Made by a program: the position numbers and the translations under genes | Notes under the pieces: generated by a model | Seen by the model: the letters and a program-made list of their open reading frames with translations, nothing else | The model's database searches: none | What the model was told of the DNA's origin: nothing | Shown here: piece by piece, positions 55,240-64,000 of the stretch | Numbering within the stretch: position 1 is the first letter of the stretch | How the letters are laid out: each line of letters begins with the position of its first letter | NCBI GenBank assembly: GCA_045598105.1 | Contig: JAZLLK010000028.1 | Span: 5,786 to 69,785 of the forward strand | Source of the DNA: Bacteroidales bacterium | GTDB taxonomy: Bacteria > Bacteroidota > Bacteroidia > Bacteroidales > WCHB1-69 | Length of the DNA: 64,000 nucleotides | Reading direction: 5' to 3'

Positions 55240-57655
55240 AATTTACTTTTAACACAGCATTTTTTACGGTGATGCGGGTTCCGGGTTTCCAGTGGCGGTC
55301 GCTGCCGGGTGAGCGAAGGTGCACCGAGCACAGGTTGGCAGAAGTATGTGACAGGGCAAACTCTTTAGTCACTTCCAAATGATAGGTACTATCTTTATGT
55401 AATACTTCGGCATTAAGGAATTTGGATATATAATCACATTCCCACACTTCATCATTACCTTTAAAATCAATAACAAGGAAGGGAAAATCGTCCTGCCACA
55501 GGCTATCCTGTATAAGCACATCGGCTATGAAGGTAAGTTTCACACGGGTATTACCATGAGCCGGAGGCAGCGACATTTCTTCAAATATGTCAAATATTTT
55601 ATCTCCTTTTTCGCTGGGTTTATCTTTAGGGGTTACGTAAGGAACGTTAGTGCTTCGTTTATAGGTAATTACATTGGTGTAGCATAGAGGGCTGTACAGG
55701 GGGTGAGCGGTAAGTTTATTATTATAATAGGTATAGCACAGCACATGCTTATAGGCCTGCAATTTGTTGCGGCACAGTTGCAACATGGCATTATTATTCA
55801 CCTCCTGAAGGTGCATAGAGCTATCCATGGCATACAGGCGTTCCTTATCCCAGCTATTGGCGGCCTGATAGTAATAATTATGATACACCATGCAACGCAA
55901 TTCACGGTTATAGTCCACTATGAGCATATTTCTATTAGCATGCATGGCGGAGGAGGTATCCAGGCCTTCGCCCCACCAGTGCACGGTAGAGGGCATATCA
56001 AGCCGGTATTTATTCTTCATTAAGGCACACAATGATGGTGCTATATCAAAATGTGTTACCACAGAGTGAAAGGTATGTGCTTCTTTAATAAGGGGCGACC
56101 ATATAATAAGGGGCACATGATGATAGGAAAGAGGGTCGCCCGTTTGCATGCCGGAGGCATGGTCACCCACTATGATGAATATGGTATTGTTATAATTGGG
56201 CAATTTGGCATACTGCTGCAGCCATTGGCGGAGGCAGTCGTCGGTATAGAGGGCGGCGGCGGCACGGCCGGAGTTATTAAAATTCTTTACGTACGTATTG
56301 GCGGCGGCTTTGCGTTCATAGTAATGTTGTTTTTCGGCGTCATTGGCTATTTCCAGGGATTCATGCATAGTAATGGTGGTTATCATGCTAAAATGCGGAC
56401 CTGAGGTTTGTTGCAGGGTATCCGTTATTTTATTGAGCATAATACCGTCGTTATAACCCCAATAGGTACCCAAGCTACGTTCGTTATGGTCCTTAAAACA
56501 CCTGAAAAACGGGGCCATGCTACTCACATGCTGGGCTGACAGGTATTCATATATACAGTCAAAGGTGAGGTAACCGGCATAGAAATGGCGGGTGGTATAA
56601 TTATTGTGATTAAATATAGCCACCATGGAATTAAAATAGGGCATGGTGCCGAACTGGAATCCGCGAGGGCCGCTCACGCTACCGGTAATGGCCGGCAGGG
56701 CTGCAAAACTGCGTATAGCTGCCGACAGGCAATTACTCCAATACAGCCCTGTGCGGGCAAGGGAATCGGTAAAGGGCATAAAGCCGTTACTTATGAGTTC
56801 ATTGCCTAAGGATTCTACCAATAGCAGCACTACATCGGGCTTTTGCGTAGCGTTATTGAAATAAGGGGACAGTACATCAGGTGTATTATCCTTACGCTCT
56901 AACGGATAATATTTATCATTTGTTTGCCACTGCGGATAGTCTTTTAGGAATTCGTTTACCAGTGCTTCATCATATTCTACCTGATAGGTTCCTTCGCTAA
57001 CATCTCCGTTTTTTACCGTATTTTTGAAATATTTTACTGATTCGCAGGCTAAGAAGTAAGTACGGTTATGTATATAGGCAAAGGCCTTATATTCCATAAG
57101 ATGATCAACTTGGAACAGGAGTGACAGTAGTACAAATATAATGCTCACCGGTAACACGCTCCACACAGCCTTGCGGGCATGGTGTACCAGCCATGTGCCA
57201 AAGAACAGCAAGGTGAGCACCACACCTATAATGATCATAAGGGGCACATATAATCCCACGGCACCTTTTACGGCCATAAAGGACTCGGAAAGCGGGCGTG
57301 CCCACAGCTCGCTATCAAGCATGTAGCCATTGTGCCCGGCGTATATGGCCAATGACAGCTCTATAATGATAAGCAATGAAAACCATGCTACGGTAATGTA
57401 GAATATGCTACGCTTACACCATTTATACAGCGGGTAATACAGCAGAGCTCCGGCCAATACTACCCACGAGGACACTATCATATTATAGGTAACGGCCCGC
57501 ACCGATATATTACCCATATTAACACCTTCTATATCAGGCATAATGCACCATTCCGTAATTTTGAGTAGGAGTATAAACAATAAATATAGGGCTGCTACCG
57601 ACCAGTATATAGTGTACCCCGACCATTTTTGTTTCCAATCAGCTACATTCATCAA
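55229..57655 (-). CDS. LTA synthase / phosphoglycerol-transferase-like sulfatase-superfamily membrane enzyme with a C-terminal extension
   Basis: Five or more N-terminal TM helices, then an alkaline-phosphatase-superfamily domain (DVVLLLVESLGNE ... FIIVGDHASG), then about 190 extra C-terminal residues. Confidence 0.7.
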   Translation of the reverse strand: MMNVADWKQKWSGYTIYWSVAALYLLFILLLKITEWCIMPDIEGVNMGNISVRAVTYNMIVSSWVVLAGALLYYPLYKWCKRSIFYITVAWFSLLIIIELSLAIYAGHNGYMLDSELWARPLSESFMAVKGAVGLYVPLMIIIGVVLTLLFFGTWLVHHARKAVWSVLPVSIIFVLLSLLFQVDHLMEYKAFAYIHNRTYFLACESVKYFKNTVKNGDVSEGTYQVEYDEALVNEFLKDYPQWQTNDKYYPLERKDNTPDVLSPYFNNATQKPDVVLLLVESLGNELISNGFMPFTDSLARTGLYWSNCLSAAIRSFAALPAITGSVSGPRGFQFGTMPYFNSMVAIFNHNNYTTRHFYAGYLTFDCIYEYLSAQHVSSMAPFFRCFKDHNERSLGTYWGYNDGIMLNKITDTLQQTSGPHFSMITTITMHESLEIANDAEKQHYYERKAAANTYVKNFNNSGRAAAALYTDDCLRQWLQQYAKLPNYNNTIFIIVGDHASGMQTGDPLSYHHVPLIIWSPLIKEAHTFHSVVTHFDIAPSLCALMKNKYRLDMPSTVHWWGEGLDTSSAMHANRNMLIVDYNRELRCMVYHNYYYQAANSWDKERLYAMDSSMHLQEVNNNAMLQLCRNKLQAYKHVLCYTYYNNKLTAHPLYSPLCYTNVITYKRSTNVPYVTPKDKPSEKGDKIFDIFEEMSLPPAHGNTRVKLTFIADVLIQDSLWQDDFPFLVIDFKGNDEVWECDYISKFLNAEVLHKDSTYHLEVTKEFALSHTSANLCSVHLRSPGSDRHWKPGTRITVKNAVLKVNYAK

Positions 57656-57735
57656 TATATCAAAAATATATTATTTATTTATATTTTTCAATTAATTAAC
57701 GCATTATAGATTATAATAAAAATAATTACAGCGTA

Positions 57736-58083
57736 TTATTTATTACCATTAGCTATAAAGTGTATGCCTACGGCAAAAGGCAGCACAAAGGAGAGCATAT
57801 AGCCGTCAAGCCAGCTTCCGTGGAAGGCGGCGTAGGCGAAATACATAGAGAACAGGGCTACTACCACAGCCGACACTATGGTGAGGGTATGGGCTTTGCC
57901 GACTCCGCCCGGCACGAGCAATACGGCGAAGAGGCAATATAGGCATATGCAGAGGGTTTGTAAGGATATGGAGTGTGCATTAAGGGAAGTAATTACGTTC
58001 CGGTAGCGTGAAAGCAGGAACAGGCACACTGATATTCTAAGCAGCCAGCCCGACAGAGGGGCCATAGATTTTACGGGTTTCAT
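57736..58083 (-). CDS. Small 4-TM membrane protein of unknown function
   Basis: 115 aa with four hydrophobic segments, 30 nt downstream of nadB on the same strand. Confidence 0.4.
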   Translation of the reverse strand: MKPVKSMAPLSGWLLRISVCLFLLSRYRNVITSLNAHSISLQTLCICLYCLFAVLLVPGGVGKAHTLTIVSAVVVALFSMYFAYAAFHGSWLDGYMLSFVLPFAVGIHFIANGNK

Positions 58084-58112
58084 TACAGGTATATGATTAT
58101 GAGTTAATAATA

Positions 58113-59672
58113 TTATTGTTTAGGCGGATAATCCACAGAGTAATGCAGGCCTACGCTTTCGTGGCGATTAGCGGCGGAGCGGATAATAAGGTAGGCGCAG
58201 GCTATAAGGTTACGCAGTTCGCTCAATTCTTCGGTAAGCACGGAGCGGTTATAGAGGTCTTCGGTTTCTTTGTAAATAAGGCTCAGGCGGTCGTAGGCGC
58301 GTTTAAGGCGGAGATTAGAGCGAACTATGCCCACGTAGTTAGACATTATTTCCTGAAGTTCTTTACGGGTTTGTGTTACGAGTACCATTTCCTCGTTGAA
58401 TATAAGGCCTTCGGCGTTCCACGAGGGCACGTCGGTGCGATAGGATATATGTTTTACTTTTTCTATGGCGTGCATGGCGGCATTATGGGCATACACTATG
58501 GCTTCAAGCAGGGAATTAGAGGCCAGCCGGTTACCGCCGTGGAGGCCTGTGCGGGAGCATTCGCCTGCGGCGTATAGGTGGTGTATAGATGATTCGCCAT
58601 GCTTATCCACTACTATACCGCCGCACTGGTAGTGGGCGGCGGGGCGTATAGGTATCATATCTTTGGCTATGTTAATACCCAGGTCGAGGCATTTGGCGTA
58701 TATATTAGGAAAGCCTTCCATGAGGGCAGCTTTACCGAGGTGGCGGGCGTCCAAATAGAGATGGTCGTCACCGCTAAGTTTCATTTCATTATCTATGGCA
58801 CGGGCCACTATGTCGCGGGGTGCAAGGGAGAGGCGGGAGTCGTATTTATGCATAAATTCATTCCCTTTCAGATCCTTGAGTATGGCGCCGGCGCCACGCA
58901 TGGCCTCGGTAATGAGAAAGGCCGGTCTTTCGGCGGGGTTATACAGGCTGGTGGGGTGAAATTGTACAAATTCCATATCGCTCACCACGCCGCGGGCGCG
59001 GTGAACCATGGCTACGCCGTCACCGGTAGCGGTGATAGGATTGGTGGTGGTGGTATACACATTGCCTATGCCGCCGGTAGCCAACATGGTTATTTTAGCC
59101 AGATAGGTTTCCACCTTTTTGGTGCGGGAATCCAGCACGTAGGCTCCATAGCATTCTATATTAGGGGTATGGTGGGTAACCCATTGGCCCAAATGGTGTT
59201 GGGTAATAATTTCCACTGCATACTGATGCTCCAGCAGGGTGATATTAGGGTGATTCTTCACCTCTTCAAGCAACCCTCTTTCCACTTCGGCACCGGTATT
59301 ATCCTTATGATGCAATATGCGAAAATTGGAATGGCCGCCTTCACGGTGTAAATCATACAATCCGTCGGAGCGTTTATCAAAATGCACGCCATAGCGTATC
59401 AATTCTTTAATACGCTCGGGGGCCTCGGTAATAGTCATGCGGACAGCATCTTCGTCACATATGCCGGCACCGGCCACAAGGGTATCCTGTATGTGCCGGT
59501 CAAAGCTATCGGTATCATATATTACGGCGGCTATGCCGCCTTGGGCGTATTTGGTAGAACCTTCATCGGCAGCTGCCTTAGTAACTATGCATACTTTACC
59601 GTATTCTGCCACCTTAAGGGCAAAACTCAGCCCGGCAATACCTGACCCTATTACCAAAAAATCTACTTCCAT
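58113..59672 (-). CDS. nadB: L-aspartate oxidase
   Basis: FAD motif DFLVIGSGIAGLS, AQGGIAA, and the RHE..GL region near the C-terminus (NRHESVGLHY). 519 aa. Confidence 0.9.
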   Translation of the reverse strand: MEVDFLVIGSGIAGLSFALKVAEYGKVCIVTKAAADEGSTKYAQGGIAAVIYDTDSFDRHIQDTLVAGAGICDEDAVRMTITEAPERIKELIRYGVHFDKRSDGLYDLHREGGHSNFRILHHKDNTGAEVERGLLEEVKNHPNITLLEHQYAVEIITQHHLGQWVTHHTPNIECYGAYVLDSRTKKVETYLAKITMLATGGIGNVYTTTTNPITATGDGVAMVHRARGVVSDMEFVQFHPTSLYNPAERPAFLITEAMRGAGAILKDLKGNEFMHKYDSRLSLAPRDIVARAIDNEMKLSGDDHLYLDARHLGKAALMEGFPNIYAKCLDLGINIAKDMIPIRPAAHYQCGGIVVDKHGESSIHHLYAAGECSRTGLHGGNRLASNSLLEAIVYAHNAAMHAIEKVKHISYRTDVPSWNAEGLIFNEEMVLVTQTRKELQEIMSNYVGIVRSNLRLKRAYDRLSLIYKETEDLYNRSVLTEELSELRNLIACAYLIIRSAANRHESVGLHYSVDYPPKQ

Positions 59673-59697
59673 ATAGTTTACTTTATGTTTTAAAATG

Positions 59698-59705
59698 CAA
59701 AAATA
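59698..59705 (-). promoter_or_regulatory. -7 promoter box (TATTTTTG) for nadB
   Basis: Plus-strand caaaaata, 26 nt upstream of start codon 59672. Confidence 0.5.
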
Positions 59706-59978
59706 ATGCTTTTTACATTAACATTACGCTGCTGAAAAAAAAAGTAGTTTACACTCAAAAGTTAAAACAATGCACACATACCAACCTATATATCAAACAC
59801 ATATAATCTTCTCCATATACTCTTATACATTTTACATGTATAACACCCTATAGCATGAGGGGTACTATAAAGAAGGAGATAGCGGCATATTTATTCTGTT
59901 TGTACAAGGATAAAATAGCAGCAAGGGCAAAAAATAATTTAGTAGTACTAAAGCGGCTTAGTATTGCAAAAAAAGTGT

Positions 59979-59986
59979 TATCTTTG
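59979..59986 (+). promoter_or_regulatory. -7 promoter box (TATCTTTG) for the ftsE-like gene
   Basis: TAnnTTTG with a TTG at 59964-59966. ATG 59991 is only 4 nt downstream, and the next ATG is at 60009. Confidence 0.5.
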
Positions 59987-59990
59987 CCAC

Positions 59991-60767
59991 ATGGATAATA
60001 ACACGAATATGGCTACAGAAAGCGTCCCTATAGAAGAGCAGAAAAAGCAAGAGCAAATTGCTAAAAATAAAGAAGATAACACCGCAAAGGAAGTTATTGC
60101 CACACCCGAGCACATTATAAGTGTGCAACATGCTGATGTATATCAGGGTAAAAATCTCATATTGAATGATGTATCACTCAATATAGACAATGGTGAACTG
60201 GTATATTTGGTAGGCAGAACGGGCTCAGGTAAAAGTAATTTGCTTAAATTACTCTACTGTGATGTTCCCGTAGTAAACGGGGAGGTGAAGGTGGCAGGCT
60301 ATGACTTATACAAAATAAAATCACGCAACATACAAAAATTGCGACGCAAATTAGGCATAGTGTTTCAGGATTTTCAGCTTTTGCAGGACAGAACGGTATA
60401 TGAGAATCTTAAATTCATTACCAAGGTTACGGGGTGGAAGGATAAAACTGCCCGTAACGAGCGTATAGAAGAAGTGCTCACCATGGTAGGCTTGGAAACC
60501 AAGGGGCATAAAATGCCGCACCAGCTTTCGGGCGGGGAGCAGCAGAGGGTGTGTATAGCACGTGCATTGGTAAACAGGCCTGAAATAATACTGGCGGATG
60601 AGCCCACGGGGAATTTGGACCCGGAAACGTCATACGACATATTTGCATTGCTCAGAGATATAGCCCATGCCGGCACATCGGTATTGGTAGCCACCCATGA
60701 TTACCTTATATTGAATCAAATACCCTCACGGGTAATAAAAATAGAGAACGGAAAAGTTATTGAATAA
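59991..60767 (+). CDS. ftsE: FtsE-like ABC transporter ATP-binding protein
   Basis: Walker A GRTGSGKSNLLK, signature LSGGEQQRV, Walker B ILADEPTGNLD. The start may be 59991 or 60009; the track start at 59964 is a TTG upstream of the promoter box. Confidence 0.8.
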   Translation: MDNNTNMATESVPIEEQKKQEQIAKNKEDNTAKEVIATPEHIISVQHADVYQGKNLILNDVSLNIDNGELVYLVGRTGSGKSNLLKLLYCDVPVVNGEVKVAGYDLYKIKSRNIQKLRRKLGIVFQDFQLLQDRTVYENLKFITKVTGWKDKTARNERIEEVLTMVGLETKGHKMPHQLSGGEQQRVCIARALVNRPEIILADEPTGNLDPETSYDIFALLRDIAHAGTSVLVATHDYLILNQIPSRVIKIENGKVIE

Positions 60768-60769
60768 TT

Positions 60770-61687
60770 ATGTTATCCATACTCATTCCCATATACAACT
60801 ACGACGCCCGCAAATTAGTGCAAACCCTGCACGCACAAGCCACTGCGGCGAACATTGAATTTGAAATACTTTTGTTAGATGACGCTTCAGAGAACACGGA
60901 GCTAAGGCAAGACAACCAGATACTGAAGAGTATGCCTTTTGTAACGTTATTGGAATTACCCACCAAGGCAGGGCGTTCGGTAGCACGTAATTTTTTGGCC
61001 GGGCAGGCCAAATATGCTCATTTACTATTCTTAGACTGTGACAGTGAGCCTGCAGATGAGCAATACATACAGCGATACATTCCCTATTGTAATGAAAAAG
61101 ATATAGTGGTATGTGGCGGTACCGCTTATAAAAAGGAGTTGCCGCGAAAGGACTGCTACCTGCGATGGGTATATGGCACCAAATGTGAAACCGCCGATGC
61201 GGCAGCACGCAGTATGAAACCCAATTCCCGTTTTTCCACCTTCAACTTTTTTATTTCCAAGGATTTGTTTTGGTCCATACGATTTAATGAAATGCTAAAG
61301 AACTATGGGCATGAGGACACCCTTTTCGGGCTGGAATTACGCAAAAAGCACATAAATATTACACACATAGACAATCCGTTATATCACTTAGGAATAGATA
61401 CCAACAGGGAATATATAAACAAGACGCGTCAGGGGGTGGAAAACCTGAAGATATTATTAGAACAATATGAGGACAAGGGTTTGCTTACTAATGACATACG
61501 GTTATTAAAATACTATCATTACTTAGAAAGCACTCACACCGTATTCATGGCAGCCTTTTTCTACTACACTTTCCGTAAGAGCATGGAAGCCAATTTTAAC
61601 GGTAAGCGTCCTAATCTCACCCTTTTTAACTTGTATAAAATAAGTTATTTATCAAGTTTAAAATTCAAGAAAAACGTAGAAATATAA
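60770..61687 (+). CDS. Family 2 glycosyltransferase
   Basis: LSILIPIYNY and LLLDDAS (DxD-type), with a GT-A fold length of 305 aa. Confidence 0.75.
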   Translation: MLSILIPIYNYDARKLVQTLHAQATAANIEFEILLLDDASENTELRQDNQILKSMPFVTLLELPTKAGRSVARNFLAGQAKYAHLLFLDCDSEPADEQYIQRYIPYCNEKDIVVCGGTAYKKELPRKDCYLRWVYGTKCETADAAARSMKPNSRFSTFNFFISKDLFWSIRFNEMLKNYGHEDTLFGLELRKKHINITHIDNPLYHLGIDTNREYINKTRQGVENLKILLEQYEDKGLLTNDIRLLKYYHYLESTHTVFMAAFFYYTFRKSMEANFNGKRPNLTLFNLYKISYLSSLKFKKNVEI

Positions 61688-61701
61688 ACAAAGGTGGTAA
61701 T

Positions 61702-63450
61702 ATGTGTGCTATGCCCTTATTGCAATCATGGTTACCGCTTACTAAAAAGGAGGTGGAATTACGCGGCTGGAATGAGTTGGACGTGGTGCTCATTACCGGT
61801 GATGCCTATGTGGACCATCCTTCATTTGGCACTGCCATAATAGGCAGGCTTATAGAGGAGGCCGGTTACAGGGTAGGTATTATATCACAGCCCAATTGGC
61901 AGGACGACCTCAGGGATTTTAAACGTTACGGCTGCCCCCGATTGTTTTTTGGCATTAACTCCGGCAGCATGGATTCCATGGTGAACCATTACACAGCCGC
62001 CAAGCGTTTACGCTCTACCGATGCCTACACGGCAGGAGGCAAAAGCGGATTCAGGCCGGACTATGCCGTGAGTGTATATTCCCGCATAGTACGCCGGCTA
62101 TACCCTGACAGCCTTATAGTAATAGGAGGCATAGAGGCTTCGCTGCGCAGGCTTACCCACTACGACTACTGGGCAAACAAGCTGTTTCCATCTATACTAT
62201 ACGATAGCGGTGCCGACCTTATAGCCTACGGCATGGGGGAAAAGAATATGATGGATATACTAAAGGTGTGTAGCGAAAAAGAGCATCCTAAGGTGCAGGA
62301 TTTTTGCCACATACCGCAAATAGCCTACTCCGTACCCAAGGAGCAGGCACCCAAAGGCGACCACATAATATACCTGCACGGCTATGAAGCCTGCCTTAAA
62401 AGCAAGGAAGCATTTGCTCATAATTTTAAGTTATTTGAAATAGAATCAAACAAAAAGCAGGCTGCCACGCTGGTGGAACCTTATATAGACCGCTACACCG
62501 TGGTAAACCCGCCTTACGCCACCTGCACCCAAGCCGAGCTTGACCACGTGTATGCCCTGCCCTACACCCGACTACCTCACCCCAAATACCTTAAAAGGGG
62601 TGAAATACCGGCCTTTAACATGATACAAAACTCCATTAACATACATCGCGGATGCTTTGGCGGTTGCAGTTTTTGTACCATATCAGCCCATCAGGGCAAA
62701 TTTATTACCGGCCGTAGCACCGTCTCCATACTGCAGGAAATAGAAAAGCTTACGCACATGCCCTATTTTAAAGGACATATCAGTGATTTAGGAGGGCCTT
62801 CGGCCAATATGTACCTTATGAAAGGTAAAAACGAAAACCTGTGCCGCCAATGCGAACGCCCATCCTGCATATTCCCTGCCAAATGCAAAAACCTGAACTT
62901 TGACCACCAACCGCTGCTCTTGCTGTATAGGCAAGCCGCCCGCATACCCGGCATAAAAAAAATAACCATAGGCAGCGGCATACGCTACGACCTGCTGCTA
63001 TGTGACAATACCGAACTCAATCACAACTGCCATATAGACGAATACACCGAAACGCTGATACGGGAGCACGTTTCCGGCAGACTAAAAATAGCACCAGAAC
63101 ACACTGAAAATCATATTTTAGAGCTTATGCGTAAGCCAAATTATGATAATTTTATAAAATTTAGAGATAAATTTATAACAATTAACGAAAAACACCATTT
63201 AAGACAACAGCTCATTCCCTATTTTATATCCTCACATCCGGCCTGCACCCTACAAGATATGCTGGCCCTAAAAAAGAAAATGAAGCAAATATGCTATCAA
63301 CCAGAACAGGTACAAGACTTTACCCCTACCCCCATGACCCTGTCATCTACCATATTCTACACGGGTATCAACCCCTATACGGGCCAAAAAGTATTCTGCG
63401 AAACCAATATGAGCCGTAAAAAGCAGCAGAAAGAATGCTTTTTTAAATAA
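61702..63450 (+). CDS. ygiQ: YgiQ family radical SAM protein (UPF0313)
   Basis: N-terminal LPLTKKEVELRGW..VVLITGDAYVDHPSFG and the radical SAM cluster region GCFGGCSFC. Confidence 0.85.
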   Translation: MCAMPLLQSWLPLTKKEVELRGWNELDVVLITGDAYVDHPSFGTAIIGRLIEEAGYRVGIISQPNWQDDLRDFKRYGCPRLFFGINSGSMDSMVNHYTAAKRLRSTDAYTAGGKSGFRPDYAVSVYSRIVRRLYPDSLIVIGGIEASLRRLTHYDYWANKLFPSILYDSGADLIAYGMGEKNMMDILKVCSEKEHPKVQDFCHIPQIAYSVPKEQAPKGDHIIYLHGYEACLKSKEAFAHNFKLFEIESNKKQAATLVEPYIDRYTVVNPPYATCTQAELDHVYALPYTRLPHPKYLKRGEIPAFNMIQNSINIHRGCFGGCSFCTISAHQGKFITGRSTVSILQEIEKLTHMPYFKGHISDLGGPSANMYLMKGKNENLCRQCERPSCIFPAKCKNLNFDHQPLLLLYRQAARIPGIKKITIGSGIRYDLLLCDNTELNHNCHIDEYTETLIREHVSGRLKIAPEHTENHILELMRKPNYDNFIKFRDKFITINEKHHLRQQLIPYFISSHPACTLQDMLALKKKMKQICYQPEQVQDFTPTPMTLSSTIFYTGINPYTGQKVFCETNMSRKKQQKECFFK

Positions 63451-63496
63451 AAAAAACAGTTTACTTACAGCATTATTATAGTATACCGTCCCCACA

Positions 63497-63955
63497 TTAT
63501 TCTACGCTCAGCCGCTCTATGAGGGCGGCATGTTGAGGATAAGCCTTCACTAAATTACACCTGTGCCCCAGTTCAAAATTATCAAACGTAAAAGCGGGGG
63601 CAACCGCACAGCCTACCAGGGAAAATTCCTCATGAGAGGGAATTTCGGCAGCAAACCATTGACCGGGATATATTATCACCTGCATTTCACCTTGGGGCGA
63701 AAGCTTGTGCGTGTGCAGAATTCCGTCAGCATCTATTACATATATATTTAAGGCCCGGCCTGCATGGTAGTACCATATTTCCACAACCCCGTGCAGGCAA
63801 TGGAATGCCGAAATATCCTTAGCGGTGAGCATATAATATATGGTGGAAATATCCTTAGTGCCGGTATTGTCATTGCCATACAACTGCCTGTAATAGCCGC
63901 CCTCGGGGTGAGGCTGCAGCCCGAGCTGACGTATATAATCCTGTTCCGTTATCAT
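63497..63955 (-). CDS. Cupin domain protein (DUF985 family)
   Basis: LGLQPHPEGGYYRQLY at the N-terminus and WFAAE..FSLVGCAVAPAFTFDNFEL, typical of DUF985 cupins. Confidence 0.75.
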   Translation of the reverse strand: MITEQDYIRQLGLQPHPEGGYYRQLYGNDNTGTKDISTIYYMLTAKDISAFHCLHGVVEIWYYHAGRALNIYVIDADGILHTHKLSPQGEMQVIIYPGQWFAAEIPSHEEFSLVGCAVAPAFTFDNFELGHRCNLVKAYPQHAALIERLSVE

Positions 63956-64000
63956 ACTACTGATATAAAAAAAATATATAACTATAAAAAACTATCTTCC

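Noticed and set aside
58599-59351. A 250-aa plus-strand ORF, and its 153-aa neighbour at 58116-58577, antisense to nadB.
   Set aside because: Both lie entirely inside a gene with unmistakable L-aspartate oxidase motifs on the other strand. Their sequences are low-complexity and G/V/Y/H-rich with no motifs. This is the expected by-product of the GCC/ACC/ATA codon bias, which leaves the codon-aligned antisense frame free of stops.
59964-59990. The TTG-initiated extension of the ftsE-like ORF (MQKKCYLCH).
   Set aside because: The extension begins at the -33-like TTG and spans the -7 box of the gene's own predicted promoter. The real start is ATG 59991 or 60009.

Overview
This 64 kb window looks like chromosomal DNA from an anaerobic member of the Bacteroidota. 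The lineage call rests on several things. There are T9SS type A and type B C-terminal sorting domains, and many start codons are preceded by the Bacteroides-type -7 promoter box TAnnTTTG. There is also a FeoA-FeoB fusion with the small Cys-rich FeoB partner, a DUF4381-BatA pair, a four-subunit 2-oxoacid:ferredoxin oxidoreductase, and a PerR-like regulator with a reverse rubrerythrin.

Most of the window is densely packed housekeeping: pgi, recF, rbfA, tgt, lpxD, ispE, nadB, rsmA, ftsE, ygiQ, a tRNA Gly-Leu-Gly cluster, and the polyamine genes speB and nspC. I found no transposase, integrase, CRISPR array, restriction or other recognisable defence genes, and no rRNA.

The parts that deserve a second look are:
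- A 25-nt poly(A) tract between the divergent perR promoter and the promoter of a three-gene operon (46376-50781). That operon encodes a family-less Cys-rich secreted protein and two T9SS cargo proteins.
- A 5S/OadA-type carboxyltransferase whose C-terminal biotinyl-like domain has lost the biotinyl lysine.
- A His/Cys-rich coiled-coil lipoprotein next to a decayed CDF transporter gene and a porin-feoAB operon.
- An uncharacterised lipoprotein plus beta-barrel pair after lpxD.
- A nadB-linked operon with an LtaS-like enzyme and a PLC-like phosphodiesterase.
- An MBOAT plus two SGNH genes, an OAP-like O-acetylation cluster.
- A strong preference for ATA as the isoleucine codon despite C-ending codons elsewhere.

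The many long ORFs antisense to real genes in the track are codon-bias artefacts and were rejected. All family assignments come from motif recognition by eye; no searches were run.
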